Below are positions 1-9,564 of a stretch of DNA of 64,000 nucleotides, in pieces. Position numbers and translations under genes: made by a program. The DNA comes from Lachnospiraceae bacterium. Its GTDB lineage: Bacteria > Bacillota > Clostridia > Lachnospirales > Lachnospiraceae. Under the pieces are notes generated by a model that did no database searches, was not told where the DNA came from, and worked only from the letters and a program-made list of their open reading frames with translations. Positions within the stretch are counted from its first letter, which is position 1. Each line of letters begins with the position of its first letter. The DNA is taken from assembly GCA_017617005.1 (NCBI GenBank), contig JAFZWW010000111.1:3392-67391 (forward strand). The letters are read 5' to 3'.

Positions 1-514
1 TGAGCGCTTCTATGTCTGGCTCATTGATAACAATTATGAGATCAGGGATAAGAATGTCGATTTTCTTTCCGAGATGGTCTACAGATGTGATGACATCAAG
101 CGTATGATCGTTGAGAAGGATCCTTTCGAAAAAGGTGACAGGGCACTTCTCAATCTCGGACATACCCTCGGTCATGCGATCGAGAAATTCTATGATTTCA
201 AATTCCTTCACGGTGAATGTGTTGCGCTCGGATGTGTTGCCGCTGCGTTCATTTCCTGGAAAAAAGAATTCCTTTCGAAGGAAGAGTTTTATGAGATAAG
301 GGATATGTTCGTTCTTTTCGGACTTCCCATTTCAATGGATCTTGCAGACACTGCCAGGATCATTGAGCTTACCAAAAACGACAAGAAGATGGACAAGGGT
401 ACTATCAGATTCATTCTTCTCAAGAAGATCGGTAAGGCTTTCATAAACGAAGATGTCAGCGATGAAGAAATGTCTGCTGCACTCGATGAATTAAATTTTG
501 CGGAGGATGACTGA
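1..514 (+). CDS. aroB: 3-dehydroquinate synthase, C-terminal part (5' truncated by window edge)
   Basis: Frame is open from base 2; contains the AroB motifs 'DPFEKGDRALLNLGHTLGHAIE', 'HGECVA' and 'DKK'. Confidence 0.95.
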   Translation, partial: ERFYVWLIDNNYEIRDKNVDFLSEMVYRCDDIKRMIVEKDPFEKGDRALLNLGHTLGHAIEKFYDFKFLHGECVALGCVAAAFISWKKEFLSKEEFYEIRDMFVLFGLPISMDLADTARIIELTKNDKKMDKGTIRFILLKKIGKAFINEDVSDEEMSAALDELNFAEDD

Positions 515-516
515 TC

Positions 517-1086
517 TTGGAATCCGAAAAAGAGATACAGGGAAGCATGCATGAGAGAAAGAAGATAGCTAAGAGCAGGATGATCGCACTCTGCTCCGCT
601 TTGGTGATCATTGCAATCGTGCTTGACCAGGTAACCAAATATATGGCTGTGAGCAGACTCAAGGACGGCGCCGCATTTGTTCTTATCGATAATGTTCTTG
701 AATTCTATTATCTTGTAAATACGGGTTCAAGCTGGGGAATGCTTGCTGGTCAGAAGATCCTGATACTTTTCATTTCCGTGATCATCATTGCTCTGTGCCT
801 TTTTATGATTGCAAAAAGCCCCGATGACGTTAAATACATTCCGTTCAACATTTCGCTTTCGATGATCATCGCCGGCGGAATCGGAAACGGTATCGATCGT
901 ATCAGATTTTCATATGTTATCGATTTCATTTATTTCAAAGCGATCAATTTTCCGGTTTTCAATGTTGCGGATATTTTCGTTACATGCGGAGCCGTGCTTT
1001 TCATTCTTTTGATACTGTTTAAATACAAGGAAAAAGATCTGTACTTCATGAAGTTCAATCAGAAGAAATTCAGGGAAATGAACTGA
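517..1086 (+). CDS. lspA: Lipoprotein signal peptidase II
   Basis: Motifs DQVTK, NTGSSWG, GGIGNGIDR, VIDFI, FPVFNVAD. Start is TTG 517 or ATG 547. Confidence 0.95.
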   Translation: MESEKEIQGSMHERKKIAKSRMIALCSALVIIAIVLDQVTKYMAVSRLKDGAAFVLIDNVLEFYYLVNTGSSWGMLAGQKILILFISVIIIALCLFMIAKSPDDVKYIPFNISLSMIIAGGIGNGIDRIRFSYVIDFIYFKAINFPVFNVADIFVTCGAVLFILLILFKYKEKDLYFMKFNQKKFREMN

Positions 1087-2012
1087 TGAAAAGATATCTT
1101 TTCACAATAGAAGATGAGTCAGCGGGGGAGAGAGTCGACAGGCTTCTCCCTTCTTTGCTTGAAGGGGTGTCGAGAAACTATCTTCAGCAGGTCATTAAGG
1201 ACGGCGGACTGACCGTAAACGGCAAGACCGCCAAGCCTTCGCTTAAGGTAAAAGACGGTGACAGTCTCGAACTTGAGCTTCCGGATGCCGAAAGTCCCGA
1301 CATTCTTCCCGAAGACATTCCCCTTGATATCCTCTATGAAGACAGTGATGTCATAGTTATCAATAAACCCAAAGGGATGGTCGTTCATCCCGCCGCGGGT
1401 CATTACAGCGGTACTATGGTAAATGCACTGATGTATCATTGCGGAGATTCCCTGAGCGGTATTAACGGCTGTATGCGCCCCGGAATCGTTCACAGGATCG
1501 ATAAGGATACAACGGGCTCCGTTATTGCATGTAAGAATGATAATGCCCATATGAAGCTCTCAGAGCAGTTTAAGGAGCATTCAATAAAGAGAAGCTATCG
1601 TGCCATCGTTCTCGGAGTTTTAAAGGATGATGAGGGAACTATAGATGCTCCTATAGACAGACTTCCGAATGACCGTAAAAAGATGGGCATTGTCCCGGGC
1701 GGAAGAAGAGCCGTAACCCATTATAAGGTTCTTGAAAGATTTAAGGACTATACATATGTCGAATGCAGGCTTGAGACCGGCAGGACACATCAGATAAGGG
1801 TTCATATGACCCATATCGGTCATCCGCTTCTCGGTGATCTCGTTTACGGAAAAGAAACATCTTCGCTCAATAAGAGATTTAATCTGGATGGTCAGACACT
1901 TCATGCGATGGAACTTGGTTTCATACATCCTGCATCAGGAGAGCTTGTAGATGTGATCGCTCCGTTGCCGGCATACTTCGAGCATCTGCTCGAGGTTCTC
2001 AGAAACAGTTGA
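1086..2012 (+). CDS. rluD: RluA-family pseudouridine synthase (RluD-like) with S4 domain
   Basis: Motifs NKPKGMVVHP, HRIDKDTTG, TGRTHQIRVH; follows lspA as usual. Confidence 0.92.
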   Translation: MKRYLFTIEDESAGERVDRLLPSLLEGVSRNYLQQVIKDGGLTVNGKTAKPSLKVKDGDSLELELPDAESPDILPEDIPLDILYEDSDVIVINKPKGMVVHPAAGHYSGTMVNALMYHCGDSLSGINGCMRPGIVHRIDKDTTGSVIACKNDNAHMKLSEQFKEHSIKRSYRAIVLGVLKDDEGTIDAPIDRLPNDRKKMGIVPGGRRAVTHYKVLERFKDYTYVECRLETGRTHQIRVHMTHIGHPLLGDLVYGKETSSLNKRFNLDGQTLHAMELGFIHPASGELVDVIAPLPAYFEHLLEVLRNS

Positions 2013-2081
2013 GTGAACGCAGGAACCGTCCCCTCGTTCACCTGATTTTACAGAAAATTTATTATGTTTTCTGATAACTTG

Positions 2082-2110
2082 TTGAGGTTTTTTCGCTGAA
2101 ATATTATAAT
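2082..2110 (+). promoter_or_regulatory. Putative sigma-A promoter
   Basis: TTGAGG (2082-2087), 17-bp spacer, TATAAT (2105-2110), upstream of the 2170 gene. Confidence 0.55.
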
Positions 2111-2169
2111 AATGTCAGGAAAGTTCGTACTTACTTAACTTTAATCTCGGGTAAAGGAAGGTGGTGCAT

Positions 2170-2790
2170 ATGAATACCGTTATTACCATAGGCAGACAGT
2201 TTGGATCCGGCGGAAGAGAGATCGGCGAAAAGCTCGCAAAGGCTTATGATATCGGGTATTACGACAGGGAGCTTCTTGCAAGAGCTGCCAAAGAGAGCGG
2301 CTTTTGTGAAGAGATCATGATGAACCATGATGAAAAGCCTACCAATTCGTTCCTTTATAATCTCGTCATTGATACTTACAGCTTCGGTTACAATTCATCA
2401 TCCTTTGTTGATATGCCCATATCGCAGAAGGTTTTCCTGGCCCAGTTTGATACCATCAAGAAGATCGCTGATGAAGGCCCCTGCGTAATAGTCGGAAGAT
2501 GTGCCGATTATGCCCTTGAGAACAGGGATAATGTCATTAACCTCTTCATCTATGCCGATGATGACTTCAAGGTCAAGCGTATCATGAACCTGTATAATCT
2601 TGATGCGGTTAAGGCTCGCGACATGATCGCGAAGAAGGATAAGCAGCGTCAGAGCTACTATAATTATTATACAAACCGAAAGTGGGGCAGAGCTGACAGC
2701 TACGATCTGTGCATCAATTCATCCGTTCTCGGTATCGACGGATCGGTGAAACTTATCAGGCGGTTCGTCGAAGATTTTGAGAGCAAATAA
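2170..2790 (+). CDS. Cytidylate kinase-like family protein
   Basis: N-terminal 'ITIGRQFGSGGREIG', 'GRCADY', 'YDLCINS'; ATG 2170 follows an AAGGAAGGTGG SD. Confidence 0.88.
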   Translation: MNTVITIGRQFGSGGREIGEKLAKAYDIGYYDRELLARAAKESGFCEEIMMNHDEKPTNSFLYNLVIDTYSFGYNSSSFVDMPISQKVFLAQFDTIKKIADEGPCVIVGRCADYALENRDNVINLFIYADDDFKVKRIMNLYNLDAVKARDMIAKKDKQRQSYYNYYTNRKWGRADSYDLCINSSVLGIDGSVKLIRRFVEDFESK

Positions 2791-2817
2791 GTCTTCTTAA
2801 TTAATTGAATATATGTG

Positions 2818-2846
2818 TTGACATAAAGGCACCTCTTTGCTATTAT
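2818..2846 (+). promoter_or_regulatory. Sigma-A promoter of the rplU operon
   Basis: TTGACA (2818-2823), 17-bp spacer, extended -10 TGcTATTAT (2838-2846). Confidence 0.75.
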
Positions 2847-2850
2847 CTAT

Positions 2851-2940
2851 GAGTATGCCGCTTGAAAAGGCTTAAGTTTTTGTGTGTTTTTACGCATGAA
2901 CGCCGTATCAGCGTTTAAAAGGACCATGACGCATACTTCA
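2851..2940 (+). ncRNA. Probable ribosomal protein L21 leader (cis-regulatory RNA)
   Basis: 5'UTR of rplU closed by a GAGTATGC...GCATACTTC stem; position matches the Firmicutes L21 leader. Not checked with a covariance model. Confidence 0.6.
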
Positions 2941-2970
2941 TGATGGTTCATGAAAAGGAGGTGCCTATTT

Positions 2971-3276
2971 ATGTACGCAATTATCGCAACCGGAGGAAAG
3001 CAGTATAAGGTTTCCGAGGGTGATGAGATCAGAGTCGAAAAGCTCGATGCTGCTGAAGGTGACAAGGTTACTTTCGACAACGTCATCGCTGTGGGCGGCG
3101 ATTCTCTTAAGGCCGGTAAGGATGTAGCTTCAGCTAAGGTTACAGGTACTGTTGTAAAGCAGGATCGTGCCAAGAAGGTCATCGTTTACCGTTATAAGAG
3201 AAAGTCCGGCTATCACAAGAAGAACGGACACAGACAGCCTTTTACGGCCGTTAAGATTGATTCCATCGAAGGCTGA
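2971..3276 (+). CDS. rplU: 50S ribosomal protein L21
   Basis: [14 protein letters not shown]...GHRQPFT; AGGAGG SD before ATG 2971. Confidence 0.98.
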   Translation: MYAIIATGGKQYKVSEGDEIRVEKLDAAEGDKVTFDNVIAVGGDSLKAGKDVASAKVTGTVVKQDRAKKVIVYRYKRKSGYHKKNGHRQPFTAVKIDSIEG

Positions 3277-3278
3277 TC

Positions 3279-3620
3279 ATGACTACGATAATGATCGAGA
3301 AGTCCCCCGAAGGCTTGCATAAAGGCTTCACATGTATGGGACATGCCGGATATGCCAAGAAAGGGCAGCCCGACATTTTATGTTCAGCGATTTCGACAGT
3401 TGCCATCCATACCATTAACGGAATGGAGCTGGCAGGACAGGAACTTGATGTTTCCGAAAATGAGGAGACAGGGTTTATGAGATGCGTTATCAAAGGATCT
3501 CAGGCAACCGGTGTCAAACAGCTCATGGATGCATTCGAATATACCGTTACGAAACTTTCCGAAGAATACGGTGATAAGTTCCTGCAGATACAATTCAAGG
3601 AGGTTAAGGACAATGCTTAG
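3279..3620 (+). CDS. prp: Ribosomal-processing cysteine protease Prp (YsxB)
   Basis: GHAGY...DILCSAIS motif; lies between rplU and rpmA. Confidence 0.92.
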   Translation: MTTIMIEKSPEGLHKGFTCMGHAGYAKKGQPDILCSAISTVAIHTINGMELAGQELDVSENEETGFMRCVIKGSQATGVKQLMDAFEYTVTKLSEEYGDKFLQIQFKEVKDNA

Positions 3621-3897
3621 AATGAATCTTCAGTTCTTTGCTCATAAAAAGGGTGTCGGTTCTACCAAGAACGGCAGAGATTCCGAGTCCAAGAGACTTG
3701 GTGCCAAGAGAGCAGACGGCCAGTTCGTTACTGCCGGCAACATTCTCTACAGACAGCGCGGAACCAAGATCCACCCCGGTAATAACGTAGGTATCGGCGG
3801 AGATGATACTCTTTATGCGCTGGTTGACGGCGTTCTCAGATTTGAGAGAAAGGGTAAGGACAGAACCCAGGCTTCTGTTTATCCTAGAGAGAACTAA
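3613..3897 (+). CDS. rpmA: 50S ribosomal protein L27 with Prp-cleaved N-terminal extension
   Basis: [24 protein letters not shown]; true start is ATG 3613. Confidence 0.98.
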   Translation: MLRMNLQFFAHKKGVGSTKNGRDSESKRLGAKRADGQFVTAGNILYRQRGTKIHPGNNVGIGGDDTLYALVDGVLRFERKGKDRTQASVYPREN

Positions 3898-3903
3898 TCA
3901 TTC

Positions 3904-3936
3904 AGGACTCTGGCGAATGCGTCAGAGTCCTTTTTT
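3904..3936 (+). terminator. Rho-independent terminator after rpmA
   Basis: GGACTCTG...CAGAGTCC stem followed by T6. Confidence 0.8.
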
Positions 3937-3953
3937 AGATTTTGAGGTAATAT

Positions 3954-5246
3954 ATGTACTGTGACAAGGCCCGCGTTATCTTAAAGAGCGGTAAGGGCGG
4001 AGACGGACATGTCTCATTCAGAAGAGAAAAATACGTGACTAACGGCGGACCTGACGGCGGAGACGGCGGCAGAGGCGGCGATGTCATTTTAAAGGTCGAT
4101 AAGGGACTCAATACTCTTATCGATTTCAGAAATATACGCAAATATGCAGCCGGCAACGGTGAAAACGGTGGCAAGAAGAACTGCCGCGGCAAGGACGGAG
4201 ATGACATCATTCTCAAAGTACCCGAAGGAACCGTTGTAAGGGAAGCTGAGAGCGGACAGGTCATCATCGATATGTCCGGAGACTGTATGGAATATACGAT
4301 CCTCAAGGGCGGAAAAGGAGGACTCGGAAACCAGCATTTCGCTACATCCACAATGCAGGCACCCAAGTACGCACAGCCCGGTCAGCCCGCACTTGAGCTT
4401 GAGACCATCTTCGAACTTAAGATAGTTGCCGATGTTGGACTTGTAGGATTTCCCAATGCGGGTAAGTCATCACTTCTTGCGGCATGCACCAATGCACGTC
4501 CCAAGATCGCAGGTTACCAGTTCACCACCTTACAACCCAATCTCGGTGTTGTCGATCTCGGAGGTGACGGATTTGTAATCAGTGATATTCCCGGACTTAT
4601 AGAAGGAGCTTCAGACGGACTCGGACTAGGTCACGAATTCCTCAGACATGTCGAGAGGACCAAGGTCCTTATCCATGTCGTCGATGCGGCCGGCACCGAA
4701 GGAAGGGATCCCGTGGAGGATATCAGGCTCATTAATTCCGAGCTTGAGAAATACAATCCGGATCTTTTGAAGAAGCCTCAGATAATCGCTGCCAATAAGT
4801 CGGATCTTTTCGCTTCATATGAAGGAGCAGAGGATAATATCAAGGCTCTTAAGGATGCATTCGAACCCGAAGGTCTTAAGGTATATACAATCTCCGCGGC
4901 AACGGGTGACGGAATAAAGGAACTGCTCAGGGCAGCATTCGAACTTCTTAAGACACTTCCCGAAGAGCAGATAGTATTTGAACAGGAATACAATCCCGAG
5001 ATCAACCTCAAGATAACCGAAGAGCCTTACACGGTTTACTTTGATGATGAGGAAGATGAATACGTCATCGAAGGACCCAGGATCGAAAAAATGCTCGGTT
5101 ACACCAATCTTGATTCGGAAAAGGGCTTCGCATTCTTCCAGAGATTCCTTAAGGATAACGGAATGCTCGAACAGCTCGAAGAACTCGGCATCAAAGACGG
5201 TGATACGGTAAGACTGTACGGTCATTCTTTTGAATATTACAAATAA
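3954..5246 (+). CDS. obgE: GTPase ObgE/CgtA
   Basis: Gly-rich Obg domain GGPDGGDGGRGG; GFPNAGKS, DIPG, NKSD; C-terminal OCT domain. Confidence 0.97.
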   Translation: MYCDKARVILKSGKGGDGHVSFRREKYVTNGGPDGGDGGRGGDVILKVDKGLNTLIDFRNIRKYAAGNGENGGKKNCRGKDGDDIILKVPEGTVVREAESGQVIIDMSGDCMEYTILKGGKGGLGNQHFATSTMQAPKYAQPGQPALELETIFELKIVADVGLVGFPNAGKSSLLAACTNARPKIAGYQFTTLQPNLGVVDLGGDGFVISDIPGLIEGASDGLGLGHEFLRHVERTKVLIHVVDAAGTEGRDPVEDIRLINSELEKYNPDLLKKPQIIAANKSDLFASYEGAEDNIKALKDAFEPEGLKVYTISAATGDGIKELLRAAFELLKTLPEEQIVFEQEYNPEINLKITEEPYTVYFDDEEDEYVIEGPRIEKMLGYTNLDSEKGFAFFQRFLKDNGMLEQLEELGIKDGDTVRLYGHSFEYYK

Positions 5247-5256
5247 AGGTTAAGAT

Positions 5257-5568
5257 ATGGAACTTACAAGCAAACAGAGAGCATATTTAAAGGGACTTGC
5301 AATGGACATCGATCCAGCTTTCAATCTCGGCAAAGCATCCGTTACTCCCGAGACAATAGCGGCACTTGATGAATTTTTTGCAAAGAACGAACTACTCAAG
5401 ATCTCGGTTCTCAAGAACTGCGAAGATGATGCGAAATCACTTGCGGAGATCGTTGCGGGAAGAACAAGATCAACCGTGGTCCAGGTCATCGGACGCAAGA
5501 TCGTTCTTTACAAGCCTAATAAGGATAAGCCCAAGATTGAACTTCCCAAGGCATCTAAGAAAGCATGA
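5257..5568 (+). CDS. yhbY: YhbY family RNA-binding protein (CRM domain)
   Basis: LTSKQRAYLK...ELLKISVL...VQVIGRKIVLYK. Confidence 0.93.
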   Translation: MELTSKQRAYLKGLAMDIDPAFNLGKASVTPETIAALDEFFAKNELLKISVLKNCEDDAKSLAEIVAGRTRSTVVQVIGRKIVLYKPNKDKPKIELPKASKKA

Positions 5569-6173
5569 AAAAAGAGATCATCAATTTCAGAAAAGCTCTT
5601 GAAAAAGATCTCGACCAGCAGAGGTTTGAGCATTCACTCGGCGTTGAATATACATCCGCCGGTCTTGCGATGGTTTACGGTGCAGATATAACCGATGCCA
5701 GGGTTGCGGGACTTCTTCACGACTGCGCCAAATGCATTCCCCACAGCGATCAGATAAGGATCATGGAGAAAGCAGGACAGCCTCCGCTTCGGGAAGAGTA
5801 TGATGACCAGTCACTTCTTCATGCTAAATGCGGAGCAATTATAGCAAGAGATAAGTACGGTATCGAAGACGAGAACATTCTTAATGCCATAAGATTCCAT
5901 ACCGTGGGCCGTCCGAATATGAGCCTTCTTGAGAAGATCGTATATATCGCGGACTTTATGGAGCCCAACAGAAAGGATCTTATCATTATGGACGGTGTCA
6001 GGCACGCAGCGTTCATCGATATTGATCAGACACTTCTCTGGATCATGGAAGGCGTACTTTCATATGTGAAAAAGAAAGGCATGGTTCCTGCTCCTTCGGG
6101 ACTTGCCGCTTATGAATATTACAAGAATCAGATCAAGGTTGACGAAGATTTGAGAAATTGGAGGAAAGACTGA
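5565..6173 (+). CDS. yqeK: HD-domain Ap4A hydrolase YqeK
   Basis: RFEHS, LLHDCAK, LLHA, AIRFHT, YIADF; conserved position before rsfS. Confidence 0.9.
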   Translation: MKKEIINFRKALEKDLDQQRFEHSLGVEYTSAGLAMVYGADITDARVAGLLHDCAKCIPHSDQIRIMEKAGQPPLREEYDDQSLLHAKCGAIIARDKYGIEDENILNAIRFHTVGRPNMSLLEKIVYIADFMEPNRKDLIIMDGVRHAAFIDIDQTLLWIMEGVLSYVKKKGMVPAPSGLAAYEYYKNQIKVDEDLRNWRKD

Positions 6174-6518
6174 TTGGCTGAAAGTATTACCAAAGAGATC
6201 AAAGCTGTTATTGATGCGATGGAAGACAAGAAGGGACTTGATATAACCGTCCTCGATCTTTCATCCGTATCCGATATAACCGATCATTTCATCATCTGTT
6301 CCGGAACAAACCGTTCCCAGATACAGGCTCTTTCTGACGGAGTTGAAGAAGCTCTCGCTAAGAAAGGACTTTTCCATAAGGGTATCGAAGGCTATGATAC
6401 CGCAAACTGGATACTTCTTGATTACGGTGATTTTGTTGTCCATATATTCGATAAGGATTCAAGGTCAATGTATGATCTTGAAAGAGTATGGGGCGACGCG
6501 GGAAAAATTGAGATCTAA
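6174..6518 (+). CDS. rsfS: Ribosome silencing factor RsfS
   Basis: EDKKG.DI, WILLDYGDFVVHIF, YDLERVW; TTG start with GGAGG SD. Confidence 0.95.
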   Translation: MAESITKEIKAVIDAMEDKKGLDITVLDLSSVSDITDHFIICSGTNRSQIQALSDGVEEALAKKGLFHKGIEGYDTANWILLDYGDFVVHIFDKDSRSMYDLERVWGDAGKIEI

Positions 6519-6560
6519 GCTGCACGGGAATCGTACTCCGATTCCCGATTCTTTTGTGAT

Positions 6561-7214
6561 ATGAAAAAAGGAATCATCTTTGATATGGACGGAACCGTCT
6601 GGGACTCTTCGGAAAACGTCGCAAAGTCCTGGACAGTTAAGATCCATGAAGCAAGCTATACTGACAAGTTTATAACCCGTGACGATATCAAGAATGTCAT
6701 GGGCAAGACAATGGATGTAATTGCGGATATACTTTTTCCTTTTACGGAGAAAGGACCGGAGAGGGATAAGCTCCGCTATGCATGCCAGGATTATGAGGTC
6801 GCTTATCTTCGTGAGCATGGCGGACTTTTGTATGACGGGATTACCGATACCTGGCGAAGGCTTAAGGAGAGGGGTTATCACAATTACATCGTAAGCAACT
6901 GCCAGGCAGGATATATAGAATGCTTCCTTGACCACTACAATATCCCTTACGGAAAAGAAGACGATCTTATAGAGGATATTGAATGCTACGGAAATAACCT
7001 TCTTCAGAAGGATGAGAACATTAAGCTTCTTGCGGAGCGTAATGAACTTACCGATGCATGCTATGTCGGTGATATTCAGAGTGACTATGATGCCACATTG
7101 AAAGCGGGATATAAGTTCATCCATGCAAGATACGGCTTCGGCACGATCGATGCGGATGTTCCGTATATTGATTCGTTTTCCGAGCTTATTAATGTTGTCC
7201 CCAAAGTGTTGTAA
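6561..7214 (+). CDS. HAD-superfamily hydrolase (phosphoglycolate phosphatase-like)
   Basis: FDMDGT motif I, VSN motif II, YVGD..SD motif IV. Confidence 0.88.
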   Translation: MKKGIIFDMDGTVWDSSENVAKSWTVKIHEASYTDKFITRDDIKNVMGKTMDVIADILFPFTEKGPERDKLRYACQDYEVAYLREHGGLLYDGITDTWRRLKERGYHNYIVSNCQAGYIECFLDHYNIPYGKEDDLIEDIECYGNNLLQKDENIKLLAERNELTDACYVGDIQSDYDATLKAGYKFIHARYGFGTIDADVPYIDSFSELINVVPKVL

Positions 7215-7250
7215 AAAATGAGACCGGTACATAAGTACCGGTCCTTTTTG
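7214..7250. terminator. Bidirectional terminator between the HAD gene and lexA
   Basis: GACCGGTAC-ATAA-GTACCGGTC hairpin flanked by A and T runs, between convergent genes. Confidence 0.75.
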
Positions 7251-7282
7251 TTCGGAATGGATTTCGTTGTATAGGGTGGTGC

Positions 7283-7903
7283 TTATCTGAAGATCCTGAT
7301 GACTCCGTAGACCTTGCCGAGGATCTGGCAGGAATCAACGATGATGGGATCCATGGTATCATTCTCGGGCTGGAGTCTGATATGATCCTTCTCCTTGTAG
7401 AAGGTTTTGACCGTAGCGGAATCATCGATGAGTGCAACGACCATTTCGCCGTTTTCGGCTGTGCTCTGCTGGCGGACGATGATACGGTCACCGCTGAAGA
7501 TGCCTGCATTTATCATCGAATCGCCCTTTACGTTGAGCATGAAGGTCTGGCCCTTGGAAAGCTCGGAAGCGGGGAGAGGGAAGTACTCGATGATATTGTC
7601 ATCGGCAAGAAGGGGCTGGCCTGCAGCAACATTGCCATATACCGGAACGCTGGTCATCTCGGTACGGACCATCTGGAATGAATCGTCGCAGATCTCGATA
7701 GCCCTGGGCTTGGAGGGGTCTCTTTTTATATAACCTTTACGCTCGAGGGCTTCAAGGTGTGAAAATACGGAAGATGTGGACTTAAGAGAAACCTTCTCAC
7801 CGATCTCTCTGACGGTGGGAGGATATCCCTTGGCAAGTATGACTTCTTTGAGATATTCAAGGATCTGTTCCTGCTTGGGGGTAAGCTGATTGAAATCTCT
7901 CAT
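7283..7903 (-). CDS. lexA: SOS transcriptional repressor LexA
   Basis: LTPKQEQIL..GYPPTVREI wHTH; VAAG cleavage site; GDSM Ser and TVK Lys. Start ATG 7903 follows AAAGGAG. Confidence 0.97.
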   Translation of the reverse strand: MRDFNQLTPKQEQILEYLKEVILAKGYPPTVREIGEKVSLKSTSSVFSHLEALERKGYIKRDPSKPRAIEICDDSFQMVRTEMTSVPVYGNVAAGQPLLADDNIIEYFPLPASELSKGQTFMLNVKGDSMINAGIFSGDRIIVRQQSTAENGEMVVALIDDSATVKTFYKEKDHIRLQPENDTMDPIIVDSCQILGKVYGVIRIFR

Positions 7904-7916
7904 AAATACTCCTTTC

Positions 7917-7972
7917 AAACATCTGTTTGCTTTTAATATAGCACATTTGTTCGAAGATGCAAACATATTTTC
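7917..7972. promoter_or_regulatory. Degenerate LexA (SOS) boxes upstream of lexA
   Basis: AAAC-ATCT-GTTT (7917), GCAC-ATTT-GTTC (7941) and AAAC-ATAT-TTTC (7961) resemble the Firmicutes GAAC-N4-GTTC box. Confidence 0.65.
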
Positions 7973-7984
7973 GATAAAAGCATA

Positions 7985-8017
7985 AAAACAGACCCGGATC
8001 CGAAGATCCGGGTCTGT
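7985..8017 (-). terminator. Terminator of the DUF3048 gene
   Basis: ACAGACCCGGATC-CGAA-GATCCGGGTCTGT perfect hairpin, with a T-run on the minus strand. Confidence 0.8.
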
Positions 8018-8039
8018 GTATTATCTTGAAAGCACTTAC

Positions 8040-9041
8040 TTAGCAGAATGCTACGAGTCCCCAGGAATCCATGGGTACGATTCCGATGTAGGTCTTGCCG
8101 GGATTGACGGTAAGAACGGAGCCGTCAGCATTATAGAATACGGTATGTCCGAGAACATCCTTGTACCAGGTGATCGCAACGGCCCTGCCGTTTGTGATGT
8201 AGTAGCCTACGCCTGTTCCGATGACACCGTAGATCATATATCCGTGGTTGTCATACTCCATCATGTTCGCACACTGGATGATGACGTTGGTGAAGGTTAC
8301 CTGCTGGAAGTCTTCCGCATCCTTAACAAAGGTTCCGCACTCGTTAAGATCATAAGTTCCGGTAGCGGTGTTGTAATAGAGCATTGTCGAGTTGTGAGGG
8401 AAAGGAAGTGAAACGACTCCTGCGGGAGCTCCGCCCTCAAGGGTATTTGCACCGAAGTTGAATCTGGGATTAGCCATATTGGGATCGGTGTAATAAGGTG
8501 AATAACCGGCTCTTGCAATCCTTCTTGAGATCTCGCCCTGAAGTGCGTACTCGGTGTACCAGCTGGGCTTACCGTTGGGGATTCTGCTGAATCCGCCCGA
8601 AAGATGGGGAAGTCCGTACAGAGCGATGAAAGGATTGATATAAACGGGGCCGCCGTCATGAACAAGGATGGCATCATACTCATTGGCAAGGATGATGTTG
8701 GTAGGACGTGTCGAACGGATATTTCCTACACGTGCGACATTTGCATAATCCTTGTAGAGCGCCATGATCCTGGTAACTCTGTTATTGGCGGTGGAGTTAC
8801 ACATCTCATATACGATGTCTGCCTCTGCAAGTCCGTAGTGGGGAGATGCGATCTTGTCGTTATCGATCATGACTGCCACAGGTCTCTGAAGCTCGGGAGC
8901 CGCAGTGGGAAGGCAGGTCAGCTCATTTATACCGGGAACGGCCTGTACGGACGAAGCGGGTACAAGTGAGAGAGATGCGATGATAACTGCTGCCGAAATG
9001 ACAGAAGTCAGTGCTTTGAATATCTTTTTACCGAAAACCAT
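8040..9041 (-). CDS. Secreted DUF3048 (YerB-like) domain protein
   Basis: Signal peptide; RPVAVMIDN..PHYGLAEADIVYE, VTRIMALY, IRSTRP, HDGG, NPGKTYI. ATG 9041 follows GGAGG. Confidence 0.82.
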   Translation of the reverse strand: MVFGKKIFKALTSVISAAVIIASLSLVPASSVQAVPGINELTCLPTAAPELQRPVAVMIDNDKIASPHYGLAEADIVYEMCNSTANNRVTRIMALYKDYANVARVGNIRSTRPTNIILANEYDAILVHDGGPVYINPFIALYGLPHLSGGFSRIPNGKPSWYTEYALQGEISRRIARAGYSPYYTDPNMANPRFNFGANTLEGGAPAGVVSLPFPHNSTMLYYNTATGTYDLNECGTFVKDAEDFQQVTFTNVIIQCANMMEYDNHGYMIYGVIGTGVGYYITNGRAVAITWYKDVLGHTVFYNADGSVLTVNPGKTYIGIVPMDSWGLVAFC

Positions 9042-9154
9042 ATTACCCTCCATAATCATTTGTTTACGGTTTAATACACATACATCTTGATTATAATTGA
9101 AAACCGCATATTTTCAAATGGAAAAAGAACGATTAAAGAAATTTTAAAAATATG

Positions 9155-9215
9155 TTGACATTCGAATGTATGTTCGGTATTATACAAACAGAACAAGTGT
9201 TCTGAACATACATTC
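9155..9215 (+). promoter_or_regulatory. SOS-controlled promoter of the yneA-like gene with three LexA boxes
   Basis: TTGACA (9155), 17-bp spacer, TATTAT (9178). Boxes: GAAT-GTAT-GTTC (9164), GAAC-AAGT-GTTC (9191, perfect), GAAC-ATAC-ATTC (9204). Confidence 0.85.
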
Positions 9216-9225
9216 GGAGGTCAAT

Positions 9226-9564
9226 ATGAACGCTTATCTTAAAAACAGGAAAGTACAGATAATAGCAGCAGCCCTTATCATCGCAATGATCACCGTGGTA
9301 TCGGGCACATTCGCGATCAGGTCACATGCTGAGAGCGTAAATGCGGAAAGCGATACGGTTTATTACAGATATACCGCAATGTACCGTGTATGCTCCGGAG
9401 ATACCCTTACTTCAATAGCTGAACAGTATATGGATGATGTTCATTATGATTCCGTATCCGATTACGTTAAGGAACTCCGTCAGATGAACGGAATGTATAA
9501 CGATGACAAGTTAAAGAGCGGAGAGCTTATCGCTGTCACTTATTATTCGACAGAATATAAGTAA
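9226..9564 (+). CDS. yneA: YneA-like SOS cell-division suppressor (TM + LysM)
   Basis: One N-terminal hydrophobic helix plus LysM (YRVCSGDTLTSIA); SOS boxes upstream; near lexA; GGAGG SD. Confidence 0.8.
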   Translation: MNAYLKNRKVQIIAAALIIAMITVVSGTFAIRSHAESVNAESDTVYYRYTAMYRVCSGDTLTSIAEQYMDDVHYDSVSDYVKELRQMNGMYNDDKLKSGELIAVTYYSTEYK

